The notes under the pieces are model-generated. The model had not been told where the DNA came from. It saw only the letters and a list, made by a program, of their open reading frames with translations, and made no database searches. The position numbers were made by a program, and so were the translations under genes. 64,000 nt of DNA from a virus. Below, in pieces: positions 28,031-40,000 of this stretch; positions within the stretch are counted from its first letter, which is position 1, and each line of letters opens with the position of its first letter. The stretch lies in the IMG/VR virus record IMGVR_UViG_3300027782_003601, positions 96,001 to 160,000 of that record; one strand, written 5' to 3'.

Positions 28031-30112
28031 ATGACAAATAAAAGTAAAAAAATATCGGATTTACCTTCATTAAGCCCCGCATCATTGGATACGACTTATG
28101 TAGTTGGGATATCAGGTAGTACAACTTATAAGATTTCCATAAATCAATTAACATCTTCATTAGATAGTGTATTTGCAACCGATTTAGCAGCTGCTGCATT
28201 GAGTAGTTCAAATGCAATAATGTATCAGACAGCATCAGCGGCATCAACTTGGACATTTAATCACTTTTTGGCAACTAAATATCCTATTGTAAATGTTTAT
28301 GATAACAACGATAATATTATAATTCCACAATCAATAGTAGCAAACAATAGTAGTTCTTTAACAATAACATTTTCATCACCAAGAACAGGTACTGCGGTAG
28401 CATCTAAAGGAGGATATGTAGGTTCGGCGGTAGGAAATGCCACAACCGCAAATGCATTAGCAACTGGTAGATTAATAAATAATACCCTATTTGATGGTAC
28501 ACAAAACATAACAATACCTAATTTAGTTTCGGGTTCAACCCAAATTTCATTAGCAGGTACATCTGATTATAATAGTTTATTTGCAGGGGTTGCATCATCA
28601 ACGGCATCATTAAATGTATTTACTTCATCAATAAACAGATGGAGTAGTTCTTTAGCAACAACTGGTTCTAATACATTTATAGGAAATCAAATAATAACTG
28701 GTTCTTTATTTGTTTCTGGAACTATATTACAAAATGGTGGTGGATTAGCAGTTCAAGATGGTACAATTTTATACCATAGTTCTTCTAATTGGTTTATTCC
28801 AACATCAACTGTTAGTACATCGGGTACAATTGCAACTTCAGTTGGTACTCAGTTTACATCGGCAATGATTGGTGCTAAATTAACCATACTAAGAGAAAGT
28901 AAAATAATAACCGCATTTACATCAAATACACAAGTAACGGTTGATTCTGCCTACTCACAAAACTATAGTTCAATTCCATCTGGTAGTTGGGGAGTTTGTA
29001 GTAAAGCATTTGAAATACAATCTGATAGCAGTATTTATTATTACAATAAAACTGGTGCAGTTGTTTTTGGTAAACGTTCCGATTCAAATGTATATGCTGC
29101 TAATTTATTATCAACTTCCGGTGATTCATTTTATTTATTGGTAAATTCATTTGGAATAAATAAAAACTTTACTATAAATTGGTCTGATGATACATCTGGT
29201 GTTAATACCAAAAGTATAGGTTTAAGAAGAAACAATACTGGTTCTTTAGAAATATATGATGGAAATACTGTAGATGGGGCGGTTGCAAATAGAAGAGATT
29301 TAATTGCTAGAGATATTACGGGTTCAAATGCTACATTTAGTGGTTCGTTTAATATAACTGGTTCATTAACAATGTCTGGTGATATTATACCTTCAGCAGA
29401 CAATATTAGGTCATTGGGAAAAGCAAATTTTGATTATAATACTGTATGGGCAAGAAAAGTAAGAAGTTCGGGAGGATTAACATTCCAAACAGATAATTAT
29501 AATTTATATTCTGGCACATCATTTACAGAAATATTAAGAATTAATGCGGTATCTAGTAGTTTTATTTTTCAAAATGGAGGTACATTTAATGATAATGGAT
29601 ATCGTATACAAATAAACGCATCTGGCTCTGCATCGGGTTCATTATTCGTATCCGGTTCATCTGTATTTTCTGGTTCAATTAATATTAGTAGTGGTTCAAT
29701 TACAATGCCAAATAGACCTGCATTTAGAGTGTATGGAGCAGGTGGAGCAACTTCGGCAATAACTACATTATCTGGTAGTATGACAACAATTGATTATAAT
29801 CAAGGTGGTTGGGATAATACAACGGGCACATTTACTGCACCAATTGCAGGATTATATCAAGTAAATTTAGTTTGTAGAACAAATTCAAATTCAGGTTCGG
29901 CAGCACAAATTGTAGTATTTAAAAATAATACAGGTGGTGCTAGTGGAACTGCACAAGTAATGATAGAGTGGGCTTCAAATACAAGTATGAACCACACAGG
30001 TGGTTCTACTATTTCTAAATTAGCAGTAGGAGATACATTAAAAGCAGTAGTATCGGTTGGAACAATTACATTTGATGCAAACGATAATTTTTCAGTAGCA
30101 TATATTGGATAA
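28031..30112 (+). CDS. Fibre protein with C-terminal C1q/TNF-like head
   Basis: KISDLP N-terminus; PAFRVY...GTFTAPIAGLYQV...LAVGDTL...FSVAYIG. Confidence 0.75.
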   Translation: MTNKSKKISDLPSLSPASLDTTYVVGISGSTTYKISINQLTSSLDSVFATDLAAAALSSSNAIMYQTASAASTWTFNHFLATKYPIVNVYDNNDNIIIPQSIVANNSSSLTITFSSPRTGTAVASKGGYVGSAVGNATTANALATGRLINNTLFDGTQNITIPNLVSGSTQISLAGTSDYNSLFAGVASSTASLNVFTSSINRWSSSLATTGSNTFIGNQIITGSLFVSGTILQNGGGLAVQDGTILYHSSSNWFIPTSTVSTSGTIATSVGTQFTSAMIGAKLTILRESKIITAFTSNTQVTVDSAYSQNYSSIPSGSWGVCSKAFEIQSDSSIYYYNKTGAVVFGKRSDSNVYAANLLSTSGDSFYLLVNSFGINKNFTINWSDDTSGVNTKSIGLRRNNTGSLEIYDGNTVDGAVANRRDLIARDITGSNATFSGSFNITGSLTMSGDIIPSADNIRSLGKANFDYNTVWARKVRSSGGLTFQTDNYNLYSGTSFTEILRINAVSSSFIFQNGGTFNDNGYRIQINASGSASGSLFVSGSSVFSGSINISSGSITMPNRPAFRVYGAGGATSAITTLSGSMTTIDYNQGGWDNTTGTFTAPIAGLYQVNLVCRTNSNSGSAAQIVVFKNNTGGASGTAQVMIEWASNTSMNHTGGSTISKLAVGDTLKAVVSVGTITFDANDNFSVAYIG

Positions 30113-30121
30113 AATAAAATA

Positions 30122-30943
30122 ATGGCAATACAAATTACAAATGGATTTAGAGTACAAAGTACGAAAGATGGTATAACTGCTTTAACCGCCGGGATTTCGG
30201 CATTTCAAATTAAAACAGATTTTCCAACTGCAACCGATGGTTTATATTGGATACAAAACCCAAACATAAATAGTGGTAGTGCAGTTCAAGTATATTGTGA
30301 TATGACTACACTTGGTGGAGGTTGGACTTTAATTATGCAGAATAATTATTATGATTGGACTTTTTCAAATTGTTTGTTAAGAAATCAAACATCAGCTCCT
30401 TCTACTTTGGCAGCAAATAATACATTAGGTAGTGCTGGTAGTAATGGTAATTATAGTATTATTGGTTGGGCGGATTATATTAAAAAATCGGCAAGTGGAT
30501 TTGATTATATGTTAGATGCGCAATATAGAGGAAGAAATGGTGGTGCATGGACGGCTAATCAGCCATATAGTTTTGTAGGACAAGTTGATAATGCAGCTTA
30601 TAATGCTTCACCTTCAACTTATTTTGGTGGTGGTGGAAGTGTAATTTCAGGTAATGCTGGATTTCGTCAAGATATAACATTAATTTCTTCTTTTTATACT
30701 GGTGCAAGCGGTGTTGGGACTTGGAGTTATAGTGATGGTGGTATAGAAAAACGAATGCCGTGGTACGCAAATAATGGAAGTAACGCTTCATTTGTAGGTC
30801 AGGCTATCTTTACTACAACACATGATGATAATGGTTCGTGGTGGGGTACATTAATGATGACTGGTACTAATTTCTCCCCTGCACCTTGGCAAAATGATAC
30901 CGGTGTAGGTAACCCCAATATTATTTGGTATTGGGTTAGATAA
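30122..30943 (+). CDS. Fibrinogen C-terminal-like domain protein (putative adhesin)
   Basis: DGLYWI...VYCDMTTLGGGWTLIM...C-terminal WVR. Confidence 0.75.
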   Translation: MAIQITNGFRVQSTKDGITALTAGISAFQIKTDFPTATDGLYWIQNPNINSGSAVQVYCDMTTLGGGWTLIMQNNYYDWTFSNCLLRNQTSAPSTLAANNTLGSAGSNGNYSIIGWADYIKKSASGFDYMLDAQYRGRNGGAWTANQPYSFVGQVDNAAYNASPSTYFGGGGSVISGNAGFRQDITLISSFYTGASGVGTWSYSDGGIEKRMPWYANNGSNASFVGQAIFTTTHDDNGSWWGTLMMTGTNFSPAPWQNDTGVGNPNIIWYWVR

Positions 30944-30968
30944 TTGATTTTTTATATTTATACATAAT

Positions 30969-31274
30969 ATGGCAAACTTAATAAGATTAAAACAAATAGA
31001 GAGTGGTACAACGTTTACTGCATCCGTATTAAGTGTATTAAATGGTAATACTCTTAATAATATAACAATTGGAACAGCAAATTCTGATAGATATTCATTA
31101 ATAGTTAGTGGAGCAGTGGCAATTGTGGATGCAAATAATTTACCAGATGGTGGTCTAAATGATATAGATACAAATGTACCTGGGCAATTATGGTTAAATG
31201 GTCAATCATTACCATTAGACCCATCTATTAGTGGAAGTGGTGTATCAAACATTATAGACCAGGGTGAATGGTAA
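30969..31274 (+). CDS. Small fibre-associated protein
   Basis: MANLIRLKQI start; C-terminal IIDQGEW like the IDGGSF / LDAGTF ends of neighbours. Confidence 0.65.
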   Translation: MANLIRLKQIESGTTFTASVLSVLNGNTLNNITIGTANSDRYSLIVSGAVAIVDANNLPDGGLNDIDTNVPGQLWLNGQSLPLDPSISGSGVSNIIDQGEW

Positions 31275-31358
31275 AAAAAATTAATAAAATCATTCATTAG
31301 TTATAAAACTTATATTTATAGATTGAACACAATTATTGATAAAAAATAATTAAAAAAT

Positions 31359-34166
31359 ATGCCACAAATAATTAAACACAGAAGAGGTAGTTTAGAATCA
31401 CTACCATCAATTACATCATCACTTCAAAGAGGTGAACTTGTAATAGCATCTGGCTCAACCAATTTAACCGCATCTAACGGTAATTCTATCACTTTTGTTG
31501 TTCCTACCGATGGTACGATTCAAGCAACTAATAGAATTATAAGAGGAGCAGTAGCACCAAACGTATTTCCTGGTTCTACTTATGGTGGAATGTTGAATGG
31601 AGTTCCGTTTTATGCAAGTTCTTCAACTCAACTTCCTACTTTATTTTTATTAAATCAAGATGGAAATGAATCTATAAATTTAGTAGGTAACATCCAACCA
31701 TATAGTAGTTCGGTTGCAGCACAAATAGCAAATTTAAGTTCATCGGTTGGTACTGGTAATGTTGGAGCATCGGTTACAAGTTTAAACGCATATACTGCAT
31801 CCGCAGAACAAAAATTTGCAGCAATTGGATTAGTAACATCCTCATTAAATGCATATACTCAAAGTAATGATACTGTAAATACTAATCAAAATAATAGATT
31901 AAGTAGATTAGAAGAATCAACTGCTTCATTAAATGCTTTTAGTGCATCTCAAAATACTAAAGATACAACACTCGCAACATATACAGGTTCAATTGATACT
32001 AAGTTTACTGCAGTTGCGGCATCAACTGCATCATTGAATTTATTTACTTCATCAATAAATAATTTAGGATTTGCAACAACGGGTTCTAATACTTTTAGAG
32101 GAACTCAGATTGTATCTGGTTCAATGTATATAACAGGCGATGTGGTTGTTTTTGGTTCATCATCAATGCAAACACTTTCTCAAAGTGTATTAAACATTGG
32201 AACTAATTTAATTACTGTTAATACGGCAAATCCACAATCTAGATTTGGTGGAATGGCTGTAATTGATTCTGGTTCATCACCATTGGTTTCAGGTTCAATA
32301 TTATTTGATTCTCGTGATAATGAATGGGTATTTGTACATCAAGCTATATCTGGCTCACCTTTAACATCATCAATTTTCATTACAGGTCCTGAAACATTAA
32401 ATAATTTAGGAAACGAAATAAGTTTAACTACTAATAGATTAACAAAAGCAAGTAATAATTCACACCTTTATGATTCTCAAATAACGGATGATGGTTCAAC
32501 GGTTTCAATTAGTGGTAGTTTACAAGTAACAGGTTCAGTAACTGCATCGGCATTCTTAGGAACAATAAGAGCAACAAATGGTATAGTATCTGGTTCTTCT
32601 CAAGTAGATGTAACGGCTACTACAAACTTTACAACATATAGTGGTTCGGTATCCGCATCATTGGCAGCAATAAATGCAAACGTTGGAGCAGGTGTAGGTA
32701 TTTCTATAACCAACTTAAATGCATTTACTGCATCACAAATAGATAAAAACGCAACATTAGCAACTTATACGGGTAGTGTTAATAGTAGATTAAGTAATTT
32801 AGAAATTGCATCAGCATCGGCAATTAGTAGATTAGACCAATTATCAACTGATAGTGGTTCTCAAAATACAAGAATTACTACATTAGAAAATAAAGCAACA
32901 ACTTTAGGAACTTATACCGCTTCAGTTGATGCAAAATTTGTATCAATCGGTGCAAGTACTTCTTCTTTAAATACTTATACGGCATCTGCTGATAATAAAT
33001 TTAGTGCAATACAATCATCAACGGCATCATTAAATGTATACACTCAATCTAATGATACAACAAATACTGCACAAAATGCTAGATTAACTGCATTGGAAAC
33101 CGCAACAGGTTCAAATACGGTTGTATCTCAATCAATATATTTAATTAACAACTATACTGGTTCAGCATTTTTATCTCAATCAGTTGTAAATGCTAGATTA
33201 ACAGCATTAGAAATTGCTTCATCATCTTTAGAATTTTTTACCTCTTCACAAAATACTAAAAATAGTACATTAGCTCTTTATACAGGTTCTAATGATACAA
33301 AGTGGAGTAATTTAGCAGTTTATACGGGTTCTATTGATACAAAGTTTGCAGCAGTTCAATCTTCTACAAGTTCATTAAACTTATTTACATCATCTATATT
33401 GACAGCATTGACTGCAAGTGGTGTAAACTTAACTGCAAACGGAAACTTAACTGTAAATGGTAATTTAACGGTAGGTGGTACACAAACAATTGTAAACTCT
33501 ACAACTGTTCAATTAGGTGATAATATAATTGAATTAAATGGCTCAAGCGTTGCAAATGGAGGTATTTATGTAAAAGACCCAACTGCTCCTACAACAGGAA
33601 CTGGTTCATTCTTATGGAATTCAACTGGTGATTTCTGGATAGCAGGATTAAGTGGTTCTGAGCAAAGAATATTAGTAGTGGGTTCAATGGGAGTTGTATC
33701 CGGTTCTTCTCAAATTAGTTTAGCAGGAACTTCTGATTATACATCTTTATTTACAGGTATTGCATCAGCAACCGCATCCCTAAATACTTTTAGTGGTTCT
33801 CAGGTAACAAAGGATTTAACACTCGCAACGTATACGGGTTCAATTGATACCAAATTTACAACATTAGGAACTTATACGGGTTCAATTGATACAAAATTCA
33901 CAGCAGTAGCGGCATCAACTGCATCTTTAAATACATTTACTGCAAGTTTAAGTTCTACATCACAAGTAACATTTGGTGGAGTAACATCTTCATTCAATAT
34001 AGCAGCAGCTAGTGTGAGTGGTTCTACTACTACTAAACGAATTGCATTTAGAGATACAACTGGTAAATTAGAATTAGTCCCATCAGCATCAGTAAATGGT
34101 GATTTTGTTCAATGGGATGGTGGAAGTTTTATAATGAGTAACATAATTGACGGAGGCTCATTCTAA
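31359..34166 (+). CDS. Ser/Thr-rich fibre protein with Mtd-N-like N-terminus
   Basis: IIKHRRGS..LQRGEL; TASLN coiled-coil repeats; ends IIDGGSF. Confidence 0.75.
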   Translation: MPQIIKHRRGSLESLPSITSSLQRGELVIASGSTNLTASNGNSITFVVPTDGTIQATNRIIRGAVAPNVFPGSTYGGMLNGVPFYASSSTQLPTLFLLNQDGNESINLVGNIQPYSSSVAAQIANLSSSVGTGNVGASVTSLNAYTASAEQKFAAIGLVTSSLNAYTQSNDTVNTNQNNRLSRLEESTASLNAFSASQNTKDTTLATYTGSIDTKFTAVAASTASLNLFTSSINNLGFATTGSNTFRGTQIVSGSMYITGDVVVFGSSSMQTLSQSVLNIGTNLITVNTANPQSRFGGMAVIDSGSSPLVSGSILFDSRDNEWVFVHQAISGSPLTSSIFITGPETLNNLGNEISLTTNRLTKASNNSHLYDSQITDDGSTVSISGSLQVTGSVTASAFLGTIRATNGIVSGSSQVDVTATTNFTTYSGSVSASLAAINANVGAGVGISITNLNAFTASQIDKNATLATYTGSVNSRLSNLEIASASAISRLDQLSTDSGSQNTRITTLENKATTLGTYTASVDAKFVSIGASTSSLNTYTASADNKFSAIQSSTASLNVYTQSNDTTNTAQNARLTALETATGSNTVVSQSIYLINNYTGSAFLSQSVVNARLTALEIASSSLEFFTSSQNTKNSTLALYTGSNDTKWSNLAVYTGSIDTKFAAVQSSTSSLNLFTSSILTALTASGVNLTANGNLTVNGNLTVGGTQTIVNSTTVQLGDNIIELNGSSVANGGIYVKDPTAPTTGTGSFLWNSTGDFWIAGLSGSEQRILVVGSMGVVSGSSQISLAGTSDYTSLFTGIASATASLNTFSGSQVTKDLTLATYTGSIDTKFTTLGTYTGSIDTKFTAVAASTASLNTFTASLSSTSQVTFGGVTSSFNIAAASVSGSTTTKRIAFRDTTGKLELVPSASVNGDFVQWDGGSFIMSNIIDGGSF

Positions 34167-34225
34167 TAAAATAATTTAATCTCTTTTTAAAAAAATGGAG
34201 ATTTTTAATAGTAATAACTAAATGA

Positions 34226-36232
34226 ATGGCTCCAATATTAAAACATAAACGTGGTAGTTTAGAAGGATTAGCAGCAATAACATCATCTTTACAAAAAGGT
34301 GAATCGGTATTTGCATCTGGCTCATCTAATATATCTTCGTCAAACGGAAGTTCAATCACATTCATTGCAGCCGAACAAGGTAGATTGCAAGCCGTTAATA
34401 GAGTTATAAAAGGAACTACTGCACCAAATGTATTTTCAAGTTCTGTTTATGGAGGATTAGTAGATGGTGTTCCATATTATGCAAGTTCATCGGCAATAGT
34501 TCCTACATTATATTTGTTAGGAAATAATGGCAATCAAGCAATTGATTTAACTGGAAACATTAACGCATTTTCATCATCAGTTTCTCAACAATTTCAAACT
34601 TTAAATGCATCAAGTGCTGTAATAGAAAAAGTATTTTATGTAAGTGAAGATGGGTTGGATACCAATGATGGTAAAAGTTTAGGAACTTCTTTTAGAACAA
34701 TAAAACAAGCTACAATAGCAGCATCAGCTTCATTGGCATTAAATAATGTAATTCCGGTTTATAGACAAAGTATTCAAATCAAAAGTGGATATTATGTAGA
34801 GGAAGCTCCAATAACAGTTCCTTCAAATGTTTCTATATTAGGAGATGATTTGAGAAGTGTTGTAATTAGACCTACAACTGGAACAAAAACCGAAAATTTA
34901 TTCTTAATGAATAATGGTACATATTGTTGGGGATTAAGATTAGAAGGTTGTGAAATTGATGATTTAGATAACCCAAGAAAAGGATTCTTTTTTGCATATG
35001 CACCTGGTGCATATATTGTAACTTCTCCATATATTCAAAACTGTTCGGCAATATCAACACCTGCAGACAAATTCTATACACCATTGGATTATGAAAATAA
35101 TAACCCATTGATAGGAAACGGACCTGGTGGAATGATTATAGATGATTCGGTATTAGATGGATATTCACCACTTAAATCAATGATTGTAGATGCATACACT
35201 CAGGTAGCATTCAATGGTATTGGTATTTGTATTAGAGGTAGAGGATATGGGCAATTGGTATCATTCTTTACAAACTTTAGTAGTACTGGCGTATTTTGTA
35301 TTGATGGAGGACATGCTTCTTTATTAAACTCAAATACTACATTTGGTGATTATGGGTTAAGAGCACAAGGAAAGAGAATGTTAGTTAAACCGGATATTGC
35401 ATCAGTATCCTCTTCAATAGATGTGAGTGGCTCTCTATTGATAAAAGCAGAAAAGGCAAATATACAATCCTATATGATAAGCAAATTAGTTTTATCGGGT
35501 AGTTACAATTATACATATATAAGTGGAAGTGGTAGTAATTATGCTGGGACAATCAAAGATAGTGGTTTGCTAATAGATGCAATCTCAGATGATTTACTTG
35601 CTCCTAAAGCTAGTAGAACTTTTCAATTTACATCGGGCTTATTCAAAGGACAAGATATTTCAACCGGAAGTATTTATACATTATCTCCGGCAACTGGTTC
35701 TACATTTGATAAAGGTGCGGTAACTGTGTTTCCATTGATTTCAAATACAAGTGGTTCTTTGGTAGGAGACTATATAAAATCATATGGATATATGAAAGAA
35801 TATATAATTAATGACCCTCAAAATAGGTTTACTACATTAAGTGTAAATGCTAAAAATAAAATAGGTCAGATGTTTGATGTAGTTTCAGATACTCTTACAC
35901 AAGTTGTTGTTCAAAACTCAGGTTCAAATTTATTAGAAGAATTTGGTTCATTGGTAACTTCAACTTCACATGATTTTTCATACGCAGGAGCTGGAGTAAA
36001 CTTTTTAGCACTTCCTGTAAATCAAGGTGGTGTTGGTGAAACCAATTTTGATATTAGAATTTCCGAAATTAGTGGTGGTAGAGTATATCATACATCAGGA
36101 GATGAAACAGGTGATTTTTATGCAGGTAATGATTTTATTATTAGACAACAAACGGGTACAATTGATGGTAGAACTTTTACAAAAGCTTTAGCAGCAAGAT
36201 TTACTCCATTAAATTTAGCATTAGAAAGTTAA
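34226..36232 (+). CDS. Fibre/spike protein with beta-helix (pectin-lyase-fold-like) domain
   Basis: N-terminus paralogous to 31359 ORF; FYVSEDGLDTNDG..FRTIKQA, GYYVE, SILGDDLRSV, SPYIQNCS. Confidence 0.7.
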   Translation: MAPILKHKRGSLEGLAAITSSLQKGESVFASGSSNISSSNGSSITFIAAEQGRLQAVNRVIKGTTAPNVFSSSVYGGLVDGVPYYASSSAIVPTLYLLGNNGNQAIDLTGNINAFSSSVSQQFQTLNASSAVIEKVFYVSEDGLDTNDGKSLGTSFRTIKQATIAASASLALNNVIPVYRQSIQIKSGYYVEEAPITVPSNVSILGDDLRSVVIRPTTGTKTENLFLMNNGTYCWGLRLEGCEIDDLDNPRKGFFFAYAPGAYIVTSPYIQNCSAISTPADKFYTPLDYENNNPLIGNGPGGMIIDDSVLDGYSPLKSMIVDAYTQVAFNGIGICIRGRGYGQLVSFFTNFSSTGVFCIDGGHASLLNSNTTFGDYGLRAQGKRMLVKPDIASVSSSIDVSGSLLIKAEKANIQSYMISKLVLSGSYNYTYISGSGSNYAGTIKDSGLLIDAISDDLLAPKASRTFQFTSGLFKGQDISTGSIYTLSPATGSTFDKGAVTVFPLISNTSGSLVGDYIKSYGYMKEYIINDPQNRFTTLSVNAKNKIGQMFDVVSDTLTQVVVQNSGSNLLEEFGSLVTSTSHDFSYAGAGVNFLALPVNQGGVGETNFDIRISEISGGRVYHTSGDETGDFYAGNDFIIRQQTGTIDGRTFTKALAARFTPLNLALES

Positions 36233-36242
36233 AAAATAAATT

Positions 36243-36587
36243 ATGGCAACTACAATACCATTAAATAGGTTTAGATTACTTACAAAAGTTTTAGCTAGTG
36301 GAAGTAATACTCTATATCAACAAACGGATGATGTATCTACTATTATATTATCATGTCAAATAACAAATGTAACATCTAGCATTCAAAGTGCAAGTGTTCA
36401 AATACAAAAAAGTGGTTCGGCAGGAAGTATTACTCTTTTAAAAAACGGAGGAATACCACCAGCGGAATCATTAAATCCATTTGGAGGAAAAATTGTATTA
36501 GAAACTTCCGATAAATTACTTATGTTAACCGCAACATCGGGTTCTTTGGAAGTAGTATTATCAGTATTAGAAAATGCAAATAATTAA
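36243..36587 (+). CDS. Small beta-sandwich virion protein
   Basis: TIILSCQITNV...KIVLETSDKL...VLSVLE. Confidence 0.65.
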   Translation: MATTIPLNRFRLLTKVLASGSNTLYQQTDDVSTIILSCQITNVTSSIQSASVQIQKSGSAGSITLLKNGGIPPAESLNPFGGKIVLETSDKLLMLTATSGSLEVVLSVLENANN

Positions 36588-36595
36588 TAGTAAAA

Positions 36596-36928
36596 ATGTC
36601 TAAATTAATAGGTAGAAAACCCATAGAAGTAAACATAACCGCTCAATCGGGTGGGGTTCTTCCTATATACAATAGTCAATACGGTGGCTGGGATACTATT
36701 AGTAAAAATGATTTAATTTCAAGTAGTGTTCAATTAAGTGGTTCAAACACAATAATTGGAAATCAAATAATTAGTGGTAGTTTAAGAGTAACTCAAACGG
36801 TATCTGCATCCCTATTTTCAGGTTCATTTTATGGTATAGGTGATATATTGGCATTTAGTGGTTCAGTAGCAACTAGATTGTATAATTTAGAATTATCAGC
36901 ATCAGTTTTAGATGCGGGAACATTTTAA
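36596..36928 (+). CDS. Small fibre-associated protein
   Basis: SGSN..GNQIISGSL repeat unit; ends LDAGTF. Confidence 0.65.
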   Translation: MSKLIGRKPIEVNITAQSGGVLPIYNSQYGGWDTISKNDLISSSVQLSGSNTIIGNQIISGSLRVTQTVSASLFSGSFYGIGDILAFSGSVATRLYNLELSASVLDAGTF

Positions 36929-36956
36929 TATTTTTATTTATATTTAATATATTTAT

Positions 36957-36987
36957 AAGGGTAGTATATACTACCTTTTTTGTTTTT
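36957..36987 (+). terminator. Terminator-like hairpin abutting the late-promoter-like motif
   Basis: AAGGGTAGT-ATAT-ACTACCTTT followed by TTTGTTTTT; ATATTTATA at 36949-36957. Confidence 0.6.
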
Positions 36988-37016
36988 ATATAATCTATTA
37001 AATATAGACCATAAAT

Positions 37017-40000
37017 ATGGCTCAAAGCATTATACTAAAGCGTTCAGCGCTTCAGGGGAAAGTTCCTACCACATCCTCACTTAGTTTAGGTGAAATAGCA
37101 ATTAATACTTACGATGGTAAGCTATATTTAAATCGCTCTGGGTCAATACAATCTATACAAGAGATAATAACAACAAACGTAGTTAATACGGGTTCAATTA
37201 CCCTAACTCAAACGGGTTCATTTGGTGAATTAGTAGTTTCACAAGATGGAAATTTTCAAAGAGATTTATATGTAACAAGAGATGTAATTACAAATGGTAG
37301 TTTAGATATACTATACGATGTATCTGCATCCGTATTCTTAGGAGCAATTAGAGCAACCAATGGTGTAATATCGGGCTCATCACAAATAACTTCATTGGGA
37401 TTTATTAGTTCATCACAAACGATAAATACAGGTTCATTAGCAACTACGGGTTCAAATTCATTTAAAGCAGACCAACAAATAACAGGTTCTTTAGGAGTAA
37501 GTGGTGATATAACTGTATTGGGTTCAGTTAATGCAAGACAATTCAATATTGGTATAATTTCATCATCCGTTTTATACACATCAGGTTCTACCAAATTTGG
37601 AGATACCGGAGATGATATAATGAGTGTAACAGGTTCTTTACAAGTTAGTGGTTCATTAACTGTAACAGGTAGTGTTACTGCAGCAAACGGATTTACAGGT
37701 TCATTATTTGGTACTGCATCTAATCTTAGTAATAGTGCTACTATTAGGACCAGTACTGCTGGTGGTCATGGATTTGGTATATTAACTCCCGACACTACTA
37801 TATATTTAACAGTTGGTATAAATGGTGGTAATGCTATAGCAAGTTCAGGAAATGTATCCGGAATTAGAACAATACCAACTCAAACAGGTACAGGTGGTGT
37901 AGTTGGAATTTATTCAAATCCAATATTAAGTGGTACTCTTCCCAATTCATCATCACTTACTTCAATACAAGCGGGAGTTAGAGCAGCAAATGCAAGTGCT
38001 TCGTATGGTAGAGCTTTAGAAGTAATTAGTCCTACCATAAATGGCACTTCTTCAATTAACATAAATACGGGTTTATACATTAACGCTCAAAGTGCTTCGG
38101 GTGTAACAACGGGATACGGTATTTATCAATCATCATCATTAGATTTAAATTACTTTGCAGGAAATTTGGGATTAGGACCTAATAAGATGTTCCCTACTGC
38201 TCAATTAGATATTTCTGGTTCTGCAATAATAACCGGTTCATTAGTTGTAACAAATGGTATTACGGGTTCTTTATTTGGTACGGCATCTTATGCATTAAAC
38301 GGAAGTTCAAATGCAATAATGTATCAGACAGCATCAGCGGCATCAACTTGGGTATTTAACCATTTCTTAGCAACTCCATATCCTGTTGTAACTGTTTACG
38401 ATAATAATAATAGTGTAATCATACCTCAATCTATTGTTTCAAATGATAGTAGTTCTTTAACAATAACTTTTTCATCAGCAAGAACGGGAGTAGCAGTAGC
38501 ATCAAAAGGTGGTTATGTTGGTTCATCGGTAGGAACTGCAACTGTTGCAAACGCATTGACAACGGCAAGGTTAATAAATGGAACTTCATTTGATGGTACT
38601 CAAAATATAACAATACCAAATTTAGTTTCAGGTTCAACTCAAATTAGTTTAGCAGGAACTTCGGATTATGGTAATTTGTTTGGAGGTATTGCATCGGCAA
38701 CTGCATCATTAAACACATACACAGGCTCAGTTTCAGACCCTAAATTTGGAATTTTGTCAGTCGTATCAGGAGCATTAAATCAATTTACTGCATCAATAAA
38801 CGGATGGAGTGGTTCAATAGCAACAACTGGTTCTAATTCATTTAGAGGAACACAACAAATAACTGGTTCATTATCGGTAAGTGCAGCTATTACAGGTTCA
38901 AATGGTAAATTTACTACTGGTATTTCAGCAGGTCAATTATCAACACCAACTATATCCACAATATCTGCATCATCCGCAGGTGGAACTATACCTGCAGGAA
39001 CTTATTATTATAAAGTAGCGGCATTAGATTACAATGGTACTCAAACACCTGGAAGTAGTGAAGTTTCAACTACAGTAACAGGTTCAACGAGTAATATATT
39101 TTTATCTTGGAGTCTTATACAAGGAGCAAGTTCATATAGAGTATATAGAAGTACTACATCAAATACATATGGTTCATATGTTGCAGTAAATAATGGTGTT
39201 AATGGAACATTTACAGATACAAACCAAGCCGTAACATCTGGGAGTATAGCTACACTAAATGATACTGGGTATGGATTTTTTGATGCATCCAAACTTAGAA
39301 CAAACAATATTACATTAGTTAATAATGGCATTGGCCAATTGGCTACAATAACATTTGAAAAATCAACTGATGGTGCGGCAATCAACGTTGCAGAATACTC
39401 ATCTGATTCCACAATGTTTGAATTTAAAACAACCGATAATCCAGATGGTACTGGTGACTTTTTTCATTGGTTTACAGGAGATTATCAAAACCCAAGTTCA
39501 GGATGGAAACCACTTAAACTAACAAATTTTACAAATCAATTTGTTGCACAAAATACAAACTTTTGGAGTTCATTTAATTTACCATCAAATACAGGATATT
39601 ATACTACAAATGCTGATACTTTAGCAAATGCTACAATAAAAGCAGACCCATATACAAGTAACTCATATAGTTTATTAAAAGATAGTGGTACAGGTACTGG
39701 GATATTGAACGTAGAAATAAGTGGATTTACGGGAACCAGTATGAGAACTTACTGGATAAGTATTGCATCATCGACAACATTTGATTGGGGAATTAATTCT
39801 CAAACATATGGAACTACATTAGGAACGGGCGTTATAATAACGGGAGCATTCCAAACATTAGATAATGGTCTTCAAATTAAATTATCAGCAGGTGGACATG
39901 TTGCCGGAGATAGATGGGCATTTAGAGCATTCCCAACACCTAAATTTGTTATTGGTAAATCAACTACTGGTAATGCACCTTTTGATTTATTAGGTAATGG

